Below are positions 12,931-25,127 of a DNA stretch of 64,000 nucleotides, piece after piece. The first letter of the stretch is position 1, and each line of letters opens with the position of its first letter. Source of the DNA: Balanoglossus misakiensis (lineage: Eukaryota; Animalia; Hemichordata); the NCBI GenBank assembly GCA_040954595.2, contig CM082577.2, positions 15,817,903 through 15,881,902 of the forward strand, in the 5' to 3' direction. The notes below the pieces were generated by a model. That model ran no database searches. It was given only the letters and a program-made list of their open reading frames with translations, and had not been told where the DNA came from. Made by a program: the position numbers and the translations under genes.

Positions 12931-13189
12931 CTATTTAACAACAATCATGTGATCAGGCCATGTAACCCACAACATTATCTTTTCCAGGTGACAGGCAAAC
13001 AATATTTCGACATCCAGTAGAGTTTTCTGGGATGTTTATTCTTTTTAACTGCCAGACACATAACATGTATCATATATCATGGTGTCTTATCAGCCTCATG
13101 GTGTTTCATCTATACTGTCTTTAACAATATAACCAGTCATTTTTTTCATTGAATTGAAAATGTATATTGTTCTCCACAGGCCAACAAGG

Positions 13190-13730
13190 ATTCCCCAGGA
13201 ACCAGAAGAAGAGAGGAATTTTATTGTCTTTGAGACTCAGCTCCTGGAACTGTTCCGAAATTGCCCAATGTGTTGTGCAGATACTCAAGAAGTTGTAACC
13301 AACATTTTAGGCACAGCAGTTCACATTGAACAGATATGCACCCTCTGTTCCTTTGTTAGGAAATGGGCAAGTCAGCCATACATTCACCAAATGCCAGCTG
13401 GGAACCTGATGTTGCCTGCCATTATTTTTGTTTTTTGGGGTCCTTACCATCACAGACCCTCAGGCTTTTCCATATTATGAATGTCCCATGCATTGGTTTG
13501 AGTACATTCTTCACGCACCAGCACGATTATCTTACACCAACTATCATCGAGCACTGGAATGCTGAACAGTCTATTTTGTTTGACGTGCTAAGGTTGGAGG
13601 AGGTGGTTCTTGTTCTTGCTGGGGATGGATGTTCAGACAGCTCCTAGGTCACTGCAGTGCTAAAAATGGCAGCTTTAATTCAGTCATTGAGCACCAACTG
13701 AACAAGGTGCTGGATATCCAGTTGGTGCAA
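13190..13730 (+). pseudogene. KolobokP-type transposase remnant
   Basis: NFIVFETQLLELFRNCPMC...CTLC...WASQP...AGNL...TFFTHQHDYLTPTI...LAGDGCSDS...SAKNG...VLDIQLVQ|GT; frameshifts present. Confidence 0.7.
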
Positions 13731-14408
13731 GTAAAGATATTTCAAGTCGATATGGTAGAGTAGAATGAAGTTGGTGACATTTCATATTTGTGAAAACAAT
13801 GAATGTTGTAGCAGTCAATATTGTCTTAAAAGCCTCAGTAACTACCAACATTTCTCAGTATTATTGTTTTTGGGGTAAGTGAGCCACAGGGGTAAGGTAA
13901 GGTTCAAAGGAAAGTCAAAGGGCAAAGCACCACTGAAACGAAGGAAAAATGCAACACCGCTAAAACCAAAGAGAAATACAACGCAGCTGAAAATTGGGCC
14001 AGTGACAGTTGACACATTTCGTCAACAAACACAATGAAACAAGACCAGGGTACAAGTGAGTTGACAAACACTGCAAACAACACAGTCAAAACCAAACGAC
14101 CAGTTCAAGTCACTTTTTCCAAATACCATGTTTGTTTCCAAACTAGCCAACAGCCAATTTGTACACTATTTGACTCCTACTCTACAAACTACCATCTACA
14201 GTGATTAGCATCAAACTCAACTAAGCTACTCTCAATTCAAACTACAATATTCAAATATACATATCCACAATTACAATACTGACAATTGTACACAGCAATT
14301 CTTACACACATATAATGGAATAAACAGAATAAGAAGATACAGAATTCACAGGAAACCTACAAAGGATAGATGATGAGGAAAAGTAAGCACACAATTCACA
14401 AGCCATAC

Positions 14409-14965
14409 TAGACCATGAGCCAGTAGGGGTTTACCTCCCCCCCCCCCCCCCCCCCGGGGGAATTTTTGAGACAATGTTTTTCTGAAAGCCTATCATATAC
14501 TGAGTAAAATTCACTTTGTTTGCCATCTATGCACCAGGGCGTTTTCGAGTTATTGGCTTCTAAATTATATTGGGTAACGTATGTAGGAAAGCCTAAAAGT
14601 GCATATAAATTGACGTAGGGGGGTAAATTAGTCTTGTAAAATACTGTCTCTCTGAATGTATACCTAGAACAACAGGGAAGTATTTGGTATCAATAGAAAG
14701 CTTAATAAACAAGCTTTCCATTAATTACAAAATAAACGTGATATGACAAATCATGACATCATAGTGACGTCATAAGTCAAAATACCCTTACGAAAATGGT
14801 GTCCTGTTCACCCGTAAATGTGAGGTTTTGAAAAACACGTCTCTGTACAATTGTACTGATGAAAACTGTGATGTGTTTGGTATCAACAGAAAGCTGATTA
14901 AGTCAAGTATCCAATTATTACAAAATTGATATGGTAATCAATTACGTCATCATTACGCCATAACT
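14409..14965 (+). repeat. Academ left TIR (~555 bp, contains a C19 tract)
   Basis: Reverse complement of ~22800-23362 with few mismatches. Confidence 0.9.
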
Positions 14966-15357
14966 CAAAAAACTAAATATTATTTTTTTTTCTATTTGTC
15001 AAAGTTAACTTGATATGAACAGCACTCTCATCAGGTAAGTTTTGTTATTTGCACACGATAAATTAATGGTTTCGTTTTGGTACTTTGGCAGCAATTGGAG
15101 TCTGAGAAACACCTAATATGAGTACACATACACATGGTAGGATAGTACAACATCTGAGTTGCAGAGTATATTGCGGGGGCTGTAAAAGCGCTATACGTTA
15201 AACGGAAGTGATAGCTTTATTCAATTTTTCATGTGAAAGACAAATGTATGCAGGCTTGTGTAATGACATCACAGTTTTCCTTGGCAAGCACTACCTTACA
15301 GGAGGAATTTGAATTTACCGAGTTTAAAAAATTATCCCTTCACTTTTTCTGATTTTT

Positions 15358-17285
15358 AAAATCCCTTCAGTTGCTGTAATAAGCAACACTAGTAGTGTCT
15401 TCCCTAGCTGTTTTCAAATCAATAGAGGTAGCTGCAGCATTTGTAACATTCATTGTAAACTGTTGGATTTTGTGCTTGGCCTGTAATTTGTGTTGACTAA
15501 AATCCCTTTAGTTGCCGAGTTTCTATCCTAGCTGTTTCAAATCTATATTGGTAGTGCAGCATTTTGTTCTGCGATTAGTCAACATTCATTGTAAACTGTG
15601 TTGGATGTTGTGCTTGGCTTGTAATTTGTGTTGACTAAAATCCCTTTAGTTGCCGAGTTTCTATCCTACATGTAGCTGTTTCAAATCTATATTGGTAGTG
15701 CAGCATTTTGTTCTGCGATTAGTCAACATTCATTGTAAACTGTGTTGGATGTTGTGCTTGGCTTGTAATTTGTGTTGACTAAAATCCCTTTAGTTGCCGA
15801 GTTTCTATCCTAGCTGTTTCAAATCTATATTGGTAGTGCAGCATTTTGTTCTGCGATTAGTCAACATTCATTGTAAACTGTGTTGGATGTTGAGCTTGGC
15901 CTGTAATTGGGTTGACTAAAATCCCTTTAGTTGCCGAGTTTCTATCCTAGCTGTTTCAAATCTATATTGGTAGTGCAGCATTTTGTTCTGCGATTAGTCA
16001 ACATTCATTGTAAACTGTGTTGGATGTTGAGCTTGGCCTGTAATTGGGTTGACTAAAATCCCTTTAGTTGCCGAGTTTCTATCCTAGCTGGTTCAAATCT
16101 ATATTGGTAGTGTAGCATTTTGTTCTGCGATTAGTCAACATTCATTGTAAACTGTGTTGGATGTTGTGCTTGGCTTGTAATTTGTGTTGACTAAAATCCC
16201 TTTAGTTGCCGAGTTTCTATCCTAGCTGTTTCAAATCTATATTGGTAGTGCAGCATTTTGTTCTGCGATTAGTCAACATTCATTGTAAACTGTGTTGGAT
16301 GTTGTGCTTGGCTTGTAATTTGTGTTGACTAAAATCCCTTTAGTTGCCGAGTTTCTATCCTAGCTGTTTCAAATCTATATTGGTAGTGCAGCATTTTGTT
16401 CTGCGATTAGTCAACATTCATTGTAAACTGTGTTGGATGTTGAGCTTGGCCTGTAATTGGGTTGACTAAAATCCCTTTAGTTGCCGAGTTTCTATCCTAG
16501 CTGTTTCAAATCTATATTGGTAGTGCAGCATTTTGTTCTGCGATTAGTCAACATTCATTGTAAACTGTGTTGGATGTTGAGCTTGGCCTGTAATTGGGTT
16601 GACTAAAATCCCTTTAGTTGCCGAGTTTCTATCCTAGCTGGTTCAAATCTATATTGGTAGTGTAGCATTTTGTTCTGCGATTAGTCAACATTCATTGTAA
16701 ACTGTGTTGGATGTTGTGCTTGGCTTGTAATTGGGTTGACTAAAATCCCTTTAGTTGCCGAGTTTCTATCCTAGCTGTTTCAAATCTATATTGGTAGTGC
16801 AGCATTTTGTTCTGCGATTAGTCAACATTCATTGTAAACTGTGTTGGATGTTGAGCTTGGCCTGTAATTGGGTTGACTAAAATCCCTTTAGTTGCCGAGT
16901 TTCTATCCTAGCTGTTTCAAATCTATATTGGTAGTGTAGCATTTTGTTCTGCGATTAGTCAACATTCATTGTAAACTGTGTTGGATGTTGAGCTTGGCCT
17001 GTAATTGGGTTGACTAAAATCCCTTTAGTTGCCGAGTTTCTATCCTAGCTGTTTCAAATCTATATTGGTAGTGCAGCATTTTGTTCTGCGATTAGTCAAC
17101 ATTCATTGTAAACTGTGTTGGATGTTGAGCTTGGCCTGTAATTGGGTTGACTAAAATCCCTTTAGTTGCCGAGTTTCTATCCTAGCTGTTTCAAATCTAT
17201 ATTGGTAGTGTAGCATTTTGTTCTGCGATTAGTCAACATTCATTGTAAACTGTGTCGGATGCTGTGCTTGGCGTGTAAATTGTGG
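15358..17285. repeat. Tandem satellite inside Academ: 13 full 137/138-bp units plus one degenerate unit
   Basis: GACTAAAATCCC starts at 15495, 15633, 15777, 15914, 16051, 16189, 16327, 16464, 16601, 16738, 16875, 17012, 17149; unit 2 has a 6-bp insertion. Confidence 0.97.
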
Positions 17286-17449
17286 CAAAACTCTGTGGGT
17301 CTTTTCACATGTCAGAATTTGTTTGAACTATCGTTGAACTATAGTTGACATCATTAGGTGTGTGGTGTTGTTTAGGTCGATCTGATTTGACATTTAGTTT
17401 AAGGGTTATTACATAAAACAGTTAAAATTCAAAGTTCCTACCTGGTAAA

Positions 17450-20400
17450 ATGGCAGAGTCAAACGAGAAAGGAAAACTTTCTCGTTCCAAATCGTTACCT
17501 TCAGATACTGGGCCAAGTAGGTTCTGCATCATTCATTTTGAAGGAAACACCACTGAAACAAAGGTGAACCCTCTATATGAAAGAAGCTTCTCAAAGATAC
17601 AGCTAATCGCTAAACAAAGACAAGACAGTAGTGATCCTGCTATAAGACTTAATGACATCTGCAAACATCTACCCGAACAATTAAACCCATCAGTTCATGG
17701 TAGTCACCGTTGGTGTTATCAGAAATTTACAAACATAAAACAGTTGAAGAGAAAATACTCAGACGACACACAGAACGATGACCAGGCAAGCACGTCCAAG
17801 CGAACGCGGCGATCTGTAATCAAATCAGACTCTAAATCTCTTCTGCTACCATCTGACAGGTGTTTGTTTTGCAACAGTAAATACATAAAAGTAAAGGCTA
17901 CCCGACAATATTTGGTTAAATGTGTCACAAAGACTGCAGAAGAATCTATAAAGGCAGCAGCAGAACAAAAGGGGGATGAATCTTTATTGTGCAGAATTCG
18001 TGACACTGATTTAGTTGCACGTGAGGCACATTATCATAACTATTGTCGACGAAATTACACAAGGGATGATAACAGACATCAAACCAGTTGTAATTTTGAG
18101 ACTTTGGAGATGCAGGAGGCACACAAAAATGCATTTGAACATATCTGTAACTATGTTGAAGAAAATATCATACTACTACAGAAAATTGAAAGGATGACCA
18201 TGCTGCGTGAAAGATACTTACTCTTCATATTGCAAAATAGTCCAAACGTGTATAACAAAAATTACAAAACTGACAAACTTAAAGACAAATTAAAACGATA
18301 TTTTGGAAATAGAATTGCATTTTGGCAACCATCATGTCGTGGAGAACTTGTATACTCAGTTGGTGTTTCCACTGGTGAAGCTATAGAAACTGCATTTGAA
18401 CATGCTTCATCTGAGGAAAGAAGGGTTGAAGAGGCAGCTATGATATTGAGGCGCCATATTATTAGTACATGTAAGGTATCGGAAGATATGCCTTGGCCTC
18501 CAACCACTACTTGGCTGCTCTCAGAGGAAAGGAAAGCCCCTCCCTTGCTGCGTGATTTCCTTTCACGTGTTGTTTCCGGAAAGCCACAAGAATCCCTGGC
18601 CAAAAGGGCAGAGAGATTTGTTGATTCTTGTTCCCAAGACATTTGCTATGCTGCAACTAAGGGTCAGTGGGTAGCTGCTAAACACACCCTGCTGGCAATG
18701 ACTCTTCGTCATCTCACTGGTAGTGCTGAGATTGTCACCCTATTAAACCGCTTTGGACATTGTCTGTCTTATTCTCAGACTCTAGAGCTGGAAACTGCAA
18801 TGGGCAATAGTGTCACAGCAAATGATTCTATTCTTCCTGCTAGCATTTCAATAGAGAATAATGCAGTTGTTCATCTTTGTTGGGACAATTTTGATTTAAA
18901 TGAAGAGACTCCATCAGGAGCTGGGACGACTCATGTAGCACATGGCATCATTATCCAAGAAGTTGTGGGTGCAAATGTTCCATCCCTTACTGAAACAAAC
19001 GTAAGGTCGTCTCGTGAAAGGTCTATGCGCATTCAGTTACCAGAGGAGCTTGCACCTTGCTTTGCAAAAGCAAAATCAGAACCTAGATTGGAAGTTGTTA
19101 AAACTTTACCAGAAATTCCTGAGGATTTGACTCGTATTGGTTTGTCAGATTTTCTCTGGATTTATTGCCGGAATTCTCCTTACAATGATGTACCAAATGT
19201 TCCTTCCTGGGCTGGATGGCTATCTGCCACAAGCAAAGTAGATATACAAGAAGTGGAGCATACCGGTACATGCTCAAAGGTTGACTACATGGCTCCTGTC
19301 AATTTTCCAATTACAGATAATGCTACAGTACAGCATGTTATCGAATTATCCCAGAAAGCAACAGAGAGTGTTGGACAAAACTTTACAATTGTCACATTTG
19401 ATTTGGCAGTAGCTAAAAAGGCATTCCATATTGTATGGCAAAATCCCCAATTTAAGAATGTGATTGTAAGAATGGGTGTATTTCACACCATATGTTCTCT
19501 GTTTGCTGTCCTTGGTAAGCGCATGAAATGCAGTGGTCTTGAAGATATCCTGCTTGAGGCAGGTGTGTGTGCCAGTGGCTCTCTTGACAGAGTCATGTCT
19601 GGAAAACACTACAACCGTGCATTACGTGTTCACAGAGTGGCATTAGAAGCACTAGAAAGGCTTTTGCTCAGATTATTCGAAGACAACGAATATGGAACTC
19701 AAGGCCTTGATGAACGAGAGCTGGAAGCAGTTCATCAACTTTCTCAAATGCCAAATTCTGATAATATGCAGAAAGTTATGGAAAGTGAAAATTTCCGCAA
19801 GTTTTACAATAAATATTGTAGCTTCAAAGATGAAGTTAGACAAGGTAGACTGGGGAAAACAGCAGAGTTTTGGATGAGTTACATGGACACAGTTTGGCTT
19901 ATCCTCTCATGCATCAGGGCAACAAAGGAAAACAATCTTGACTTGCATGTACATTCCCTGTACAAGCTCTGCGCTCTCTACTTTGCGTATGACCACCACA
20001 ACTATTCACGGTACATTCCTGTCTATTTGATTACTATGATGAATCTGTCTCAAACACACCCAGGTGCGGAGGATCTTCTAAGGAAAAACGGGTTTAGTGT
20101 TTCCAGGTCTACAGTTCCTTTGTCTAGAAATGCGGTAGATATTACGATTGAACAGACTATCAATCGACATGCCAAGTCCCATGGAGGTATTATTGGCTTC
20201 AGCAGGAACTATGCCGCATACTACCGTTGGTGTGTAACTCGTCATTCAAGAGCCAAATATGTAGAAGCAACAATGAACATGGCTGACATGTTAGCTAATG
20301 ATGATTCGGTGCACAAACAAATGAGACCATCACAAATAAAGAGTAGTGAGGCTGATGTAAAAAAGATGCTAGCAGCTTTTGAAAGTTTTATTAATCCGTT

Positions 20401-22174
20401 TTCAGTCGAAAACAAGGAAGAGTTGTACTGCCTGTCCTCTGGTATGCCGGCCCCTCCAGATGTGAGACACGATCTTCTGCAAGCACAGAGTCTTGGGGGA
20501 GCAATAAGAGATGCATTTGTGAAGGAAAGGTTAGTTGATAAAACAGCAAGCTTCCATGACCCGATCAAAAGACTTAAACTCAAAACCTTTGCTTCTCTGA
20601 GAGCAACCAAGAAGATTAAAAGCTCACAAAACAAGCTTATTCAGTTCAGAGCTGAAAGAAATGCATTTGGTCAACTGGTATTGCTATCAACCCAGCATAA
20701 CATCGATTTACAAATGACATTGTCATTTCCACTTGGGCCAGTACCTTGGGCTCTGGCTACAGCTGATGGATGTCCGGCTAAGACTGACAAAGCAAAGCTT
20801 CTTCACAATCTAGAAGCTACAATCAAGCCATCAGACAAACCCCCACACGAAGATACTATTTATGTTTGTGATGGAAATGCAATGTTGCAAGCAATGACTT
20901 GTATACCAGATACATTTGAAGCTGTGGCCGAGATGGCTTTTGGGTTTTTGCCCAAAACATACAGAGTTGATTTTGTGACTGATTCATACCATCCAGCATC
21001 AATCAAAGCATCAGAGAGGCGACGCCGGGGTACGTCATCAACCTTCTTAATTGCTAGCCCAAAGACGAAGGCACCACGAGATTGGAAGTCATTTATGTCC
21101 AACGACAATAATAAAACACAGCTTTTGGAACTGCTTCTACGAGAATGGCAAACACCAAAGTATGCCCCACAACTTCATGGCCGACGGCTATACTTCGTCT
21201 GTGGTGAAAATTGTTATTGCTTGAGTAGTGATGATGGAAATACAGTGAAGATTGCACCAGAACCAGACCTTGACTCATCGCAAGAAGAGGCAGATACCAG
21301 GATTATTCTACATTGTAACCATATAGCTGGGTCATCTCCAGCATCAACACACATTGTTGTGAGGTCACCTGACACTGATGTTTTGGTGTTACTAGTGAAA
21401 TTTGCTCAGAATATGGAGCAGGTGGTGCTCTTTGACACAGGAACTGGAAATAAAAGACGACTTCTCAACGTCAAAGATATAATTTCTGCAAAGAAATCTG
21501 AGCTATGTTCTGTACTTCCTGCGGTACACTCATTCACTGGAAGTGATACCACAAGTGCCTTTGTAAGACGTGGTAAAGTGGGACCGTTGAGAATAGTTGA
21601 GAAATATCCTGAATTTTTGACCACATTTGCAAACCTTGGAATACACAGTGATGTTTCAGATAAAACTGTCAAAGAATTGGAAAAGTTTGTTTGTTACATG
21701 TATGGGAAAGGTCAGTACACTGATATTGACAAACTTCGTTATGATCTTTTCGCGCAAAAGTATCAAGCAAAGTCGGGATGTGTACTGACAAACTACGATG
21801 GCATTGACCTGAGCCTTCTACCACCATGTAAGACTTCTCTTCAGATGCATATATATAGAGCTAACTATCAAGCGCTGATTTGGAACCATGCCCATGTCAA
21901 CAGTCCTGAGATTCCTAGTCCTTCAGGACATGGGTGGAAACAAGATGAAAGTGGCATTCTATCGTATGAGTGGACAAAAGGTGACATTTTGCCACAAGCA
22001 TTGGTAGACATATTATGCCAGTCCACTCCAGAGGGTGTTTCAGATGACAGTGTAGATGATGGCATGGGTAATAATGATGATAATAATGATGATGATGATG
22101 GGGAGGGTGAGGTTGAGGTGGCAGACAGCATGATGGACATCGTTTTTGAAGACAGCGATGATGGAGATGATTGA
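17450..22174 (+). CDS. Academ transposase fused to an XPG/FEN1-like (PIN plus H3TH) nuclease, 1574 aa
   Basis: DDE-region motifs CWDNFD...GTTH, VTFDLAV, MGVFH, DITIEQTINR; nuclease motifs DGNAMLQ, FVTDSY...SIKASERRRRG, QEEADTRIILH, RSPDTDV, HSFTGSDTTSAF..GK; LPPC...HIYRANYQALIW; acidic tail. Confidence 0.92.
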   Translation: MAESNEKGKLSRSKSLPSDTGPSRFCIIHFEGNTTETKVNPLYERSFSKIQLIAKQRQDSSDPAIRLNDICKHLPEQLNPSVHGSHRWCYQKFTNIKQLKRKYSDDTQNDDQASTSKRTRRSVIKSDSKSLLLPSDRCLFCNSKYIKVKATRQYLVKCVTKTAEESIKAAAEQKGDESLLCRIRDTDLVAREAHYHNYCRRNYTRDDNRHQTSCNFETLEMQEAHKNAFEHICNYVEENIILLQKIERMTMLRERYLLFILQNSPNVYNKNYKTDKLKDKLKRYFGNRIAFWQPSCRGELVYSVGVSTGEAIETAFEHASSEERRVEEAAMILRRHIISTCKVSEDMPWPPTTTWLLSEERKAPPLLRDFLSRVVSGKPQESLAKRAERFVDSCSQDICYAATKGQWVAAKHTLLAMTLRHLTGSAEIVTLLNRFGHCLSYSQTLELETAMGNSVTANDSILPASISIENNAVVHLCWDNFDLNEETPSGAGTTHVAHGIIIQEVVGANVPSLTETNVRSSRERSMRIQLPEELAPCFAKAKSEPRLEVVKTLPEIPEDLTRIGLSDFLWIYCRNSPYNDVPNVPSWAGWLSATSKVDIQEVEHTGTCSKVDYMAPVNFPITDNATVQHVIELSQKATESVGQNFTIVTFDLAVAKKAFHIVWQNPQFKNVIVRMGVFHTICSLFAVLGKRMKCSGLEDILLEAGVCASGSLDRVMSGKHYNRALRVHRVALEALERLLLRLFEDNEYGTQGLDERELEAVHQLSQMPNSDNMQKVMESENFRKFYNKYCSFKDEVRQGRLGKTAEFWMSYMDTVWLILSCIRATKENNLDLHVHSLYKLCALYFAYDHHNYSRYIPVYLITMMNLSQTHPGAEDLLRKNGFSVSRSTVPLSRNAVDITIEQTINRHAKSHGGIIGFSRNYAAYYRWCVTRHSRAKYVEATMNMADMLANDDSVHKQMRPSQIKSSEADVKKMLAAFESFINPFSVENKEELYCLSSGMPAPPDVRHDLLQAQSLGGAIRDAFVKERLVDKTASFHDPIKRLKLKTFASLRATKKIKSSQNKLIQFRAERNAFGQLVLLSTQHNIDLQMTLSFPLGPVPWALATADGCPAKTDKAKLLHNLEATIKPSDKPPHEDTIYVCDGNAMLQAMTCIPDTFEAVAEMAFGFLPKTYRVDFVTDSYHPASIKASERRRRGTSSTFLIASPKTKAPRDWKSFMSNDNNKTQLLELLLREWQTPKYAPQLHGRRLYFVCGENCYCLSSDDGNTVKIAPEPDLDSSQEEADTRIILHCNHIAGSSPASTHIVVRSPDTDVLVLLVKFAQNMEQVVLFDTGTGNKRRLLNVKDIISAKKSELCSVLPAVHSFTGSDTTSAFVRRGKVGPLRIVEKYPEFLTTFANLGIHSDVSDKTVKELEKFVCYMYGKGQYTDIDKLRYDLFAQKYQAKSGCVLTNYDGIDLSLLPPCKTSLQMHIYRANYQALIWNHAHVNSPEIPSPSGHGWKQDESGILSYEWTKGDILPQALVDILCQSTPEGVSDDSVDDGMGNNDDNNDDDDGEGEVEVADSMMDIVFEDSDDGDD

Positions 22175-22244
22175 TAACCTATCATATCGTAATTCTTGTG
22201 TGCATTATTACCAAAACCACCCAAGTATATAAAATATATAAGTT

Positions 22245-22740
22245 TTGAGTGTTTTCTAAAAATGACATTTTTGGGGCAAAAAGTGGCAAAAATGGCAATT
22301 TTGTTTTGATTGGGGTCAAAAAGACTGCTTTATGTTTTTATAGTCACTATTTTACACATAGAATTGACTTTCCATATATCATCAGATCAATCAATATGAA
22401 GAGAACAGTGTGTTTTAAGTTTTGTCTAAAAATGACGTTTTTGGGCAAAAAATGGTCAAAAAGGCAATTTTGTCTCGTTTGGGATCAGTCAGACTGCTTT
22501 TTTCGTAATATCAACCAAATTTTACTTAGAATAGGCATATCATATGTCATCAGATCTTCGAATGTGGCGAAAACTGTGTGTTTTTAGTGTTTTCTAAAAA
22601 TGACCTTTTTGGGGTTAAAACGTGCCAAAATGGCAATTTTGTCTTGGGTGGGGTCAATAAGACTGACTTTTTTGGAATCAGCACCATTTTTTACATAGAA
22701 TGGACTTCACAAACCTTCCTTACCAAAATTTTGTTCAAAG
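22245..22740. repeat. Three degenerate ~170-bp tandem units in the Academ 3' region
   Basis: TTTTCTAAAAATGAC...GGCAATTTTGT...AGACTG recurs at ~22250, ~22420 and ~22590. Confidence 0.7.
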
Positions 22741-22799
22741 GCACCTATCTCCTAGGGTAATAACTTGTCATCATAGTCACTAATTGGTAAGGGTACTTG

Positions 22800-23362
22800 G
22801 AAGTATGACGTAATGATGACGTAATTGATTATTATATCAATTTTTTGCAAAAATTAGATACTTTACTCAATCAGCTTTCTGTTGATACCAAACACATCAC
22901 AGTTTTCATCAGTACACTTGCACAGAGACATGTTTTGCAAAACCTCCCATTTATAGGTGAACAGAACACCATTTTCGTACGGGTATTTTGACTTATGACG
23001 TCACTATGATGTCATGATTTGTCATATCACGTTTATTTTGTAATTATTGGAAAGCTTGTTTATTAAGCTTTCTTTTGATACCAAATACTTCCCTGTTGTT
23101 CTAGGTATACATTCAGAGAGACAGTATTTTACAAGACTAATTTACCCCCCTACGTCAATTTATATGCACTTTTAGGCTTTCCTACATACGTTACCCAATA
23201 TAATTTAGAAGCCAATAACTCGAAAACGCCCCGGTCCCCAGATGGCAAACAAAGTGAATTTTACTCAGTATATGATAGGCTTTCAGAAAAACATTGTCTC
23301 AAAAATTCCCCCGGGGGGGGGGGGGGGGGGGGGGAGGTAAACCCCTACTGGCTCATGGTCTA
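22800..23362 (-). repeat. Academ right TIR (contains a G22 tract)
   Basis: Reverse complement of the left TIR. Confidence 0.9.
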
Positions 23363-25127
23363 TACAGACTAACACACTGAATCTAACCCTACCTAAGGAG
23401 TCTCAGCATTGTCTGATGCTGATTCAAACAGTATAGCTAAGTAAAGATTTCAACCAAATATCTGTCTGCAGAATACATACAATCATGTTAAAAATGTCAT
23501 AAACCAAACAAAATTCTGCTCCAAAAATTGTACTAGTTTTACATTCTGTAAACTATCAACAGTCTAAAAACGTACCACTACCACTGTAAGAATATACTTC
23601 ACAAAATAGCTATAAAATTGGCAGAAAACATAAACAAATTACTCTTCCATTGTAGTGCTGTAATCATTGATGGGAAATACATGAAGTGTCGGGGTGACCC
23701 AACAACAACACTGGGCACATACGACAATAGGACAACTTCCAGTGGAAGTCAACTACAAAACAGGTCACAACCATGTTGAAAAGTGAACAAACATTAATCA
23801 GAAATTAATATTTTTGGCATAACTACTGTAGCCAAACTACAGATTTATTAATGTTAAGCGTTCTGCTCAAACCACAAAGATCTTACGCACATGACTTCCA
23901 CCACTTGCCTCCAATTCCAGTCTCGATTATTTTCAAAGTGACCTACGGCAAAAACTCAATCTGCATAATAAATTGTAAGGGATTGTTTTGTTTTTACGGC
24001 TGGGAGTGGGGATGAGAATTTAGTTTTGTCTCGTAAATATGACCAAAACCACTTACACCTTAAAAACAAACAGCATACCAAAACTCTTTGTCACTTCATG
24101 TTCAACAGTGGGCAAGCATTAATCAGAAATTATTAATTTTTGCACAACTTACTGTGGCCAAATAATAGCTGACCACAAAAACTACATATTTATCTGTACT
24201 TAAACATTCTGCTCAATCTATTATCACCATATGTATTGCTTTAGCTTTTACAGTTTGCCTAGGTTTCTCTGTATTGTAAATGTTCTGGTTTTGTATTTCT
24301 TTTATTATAAAATAATGTGTCCAACTTCATGTACTGTCTTAAATCTTATCCACCTTGATATCACCACTTCAACAATTCATGTAATATAACTAGGCACAAC
24401 TGTTACTCTCTACATCCCAAGATGTCCGATTGTCAATCCTACATGTCATTGTCATTTCTTGACTTAATTACATTACAATCATGTCCCACACATACAATCT
24501 ATACTTTGTCACCTTAAACCTGTCCAAACAGAATCCGGACGTTTCATTACCTTCCACACTTTGTCTTTCACAATTCCACACGCAAAATCCCCATTCAACC
24601 AATCACAATTTTTCTAATAACATGTTCGTACCACTCTTTCTTCTACAGCTCTAACAGCAACAACAGCAACCAACAGTGACACTGAACTGACATCCAGGTT
24701 AACAGGCGCACCAGCATCGAATCAGCTCAAAAATCAACAATGCAATTTAATTACAAACAACCTCCATCCCTCCAACACAACCCATTGCAAGAGATCAAGG
24801 ACTCCTCCCTCCCAGAACAGGCAGGAAGTATAAACCCAATGACATCACACAATCCCCTCAAAGCCACATCTCAACTACTGTGGATAATTTTATTTTTACG
24901 GAAAATTATTTCCACTGAACACATACATTTCCATTTCCAGACCAGTACTACTTGACAATGTCAACACCAGTGCAACAAAATAACAACTATGTCTTTGCAC
25001 TGAAATATTATTTCGCCTGACAACCTAGTCCAACATCATATCAACAACACCAATCGCCCCCCTTTCCCCTCTCTACAACAGTTTCCTTAAATTCCACTTA
25101 ATTATTTCATTTTTTTCTTTCCTCAAG

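Larger units (their letters stand above)
14409..23362 (+). mobile_element. Full-length Academ (AcademX-type) DNA transposon, 8954 bp
   Basis: Termini TAGACCATGAGCCAGTAGGGGT...ACCCCTACTGGCTCATGGTCTA; 3-bp TSD TAC (14406-14408 and 23363-23365); ~555-bp near-identical TIRs; one long transposase-nuclease ORF. Confidence 0.9.

Noticed and set aside
14409-14410. TA target duplication (Tc1/mariner) for the 9-kb element
   Set aside because: The TA is part of the TAG...CTA termini, a TAC duplication lies outside them, and the protein is Academ-type.
15358-17285. CRISPR-like array
   Set aside because: Units are near-identical along their whole length with no unique spacers, there are no cas genes, and the context is eukaryotic.
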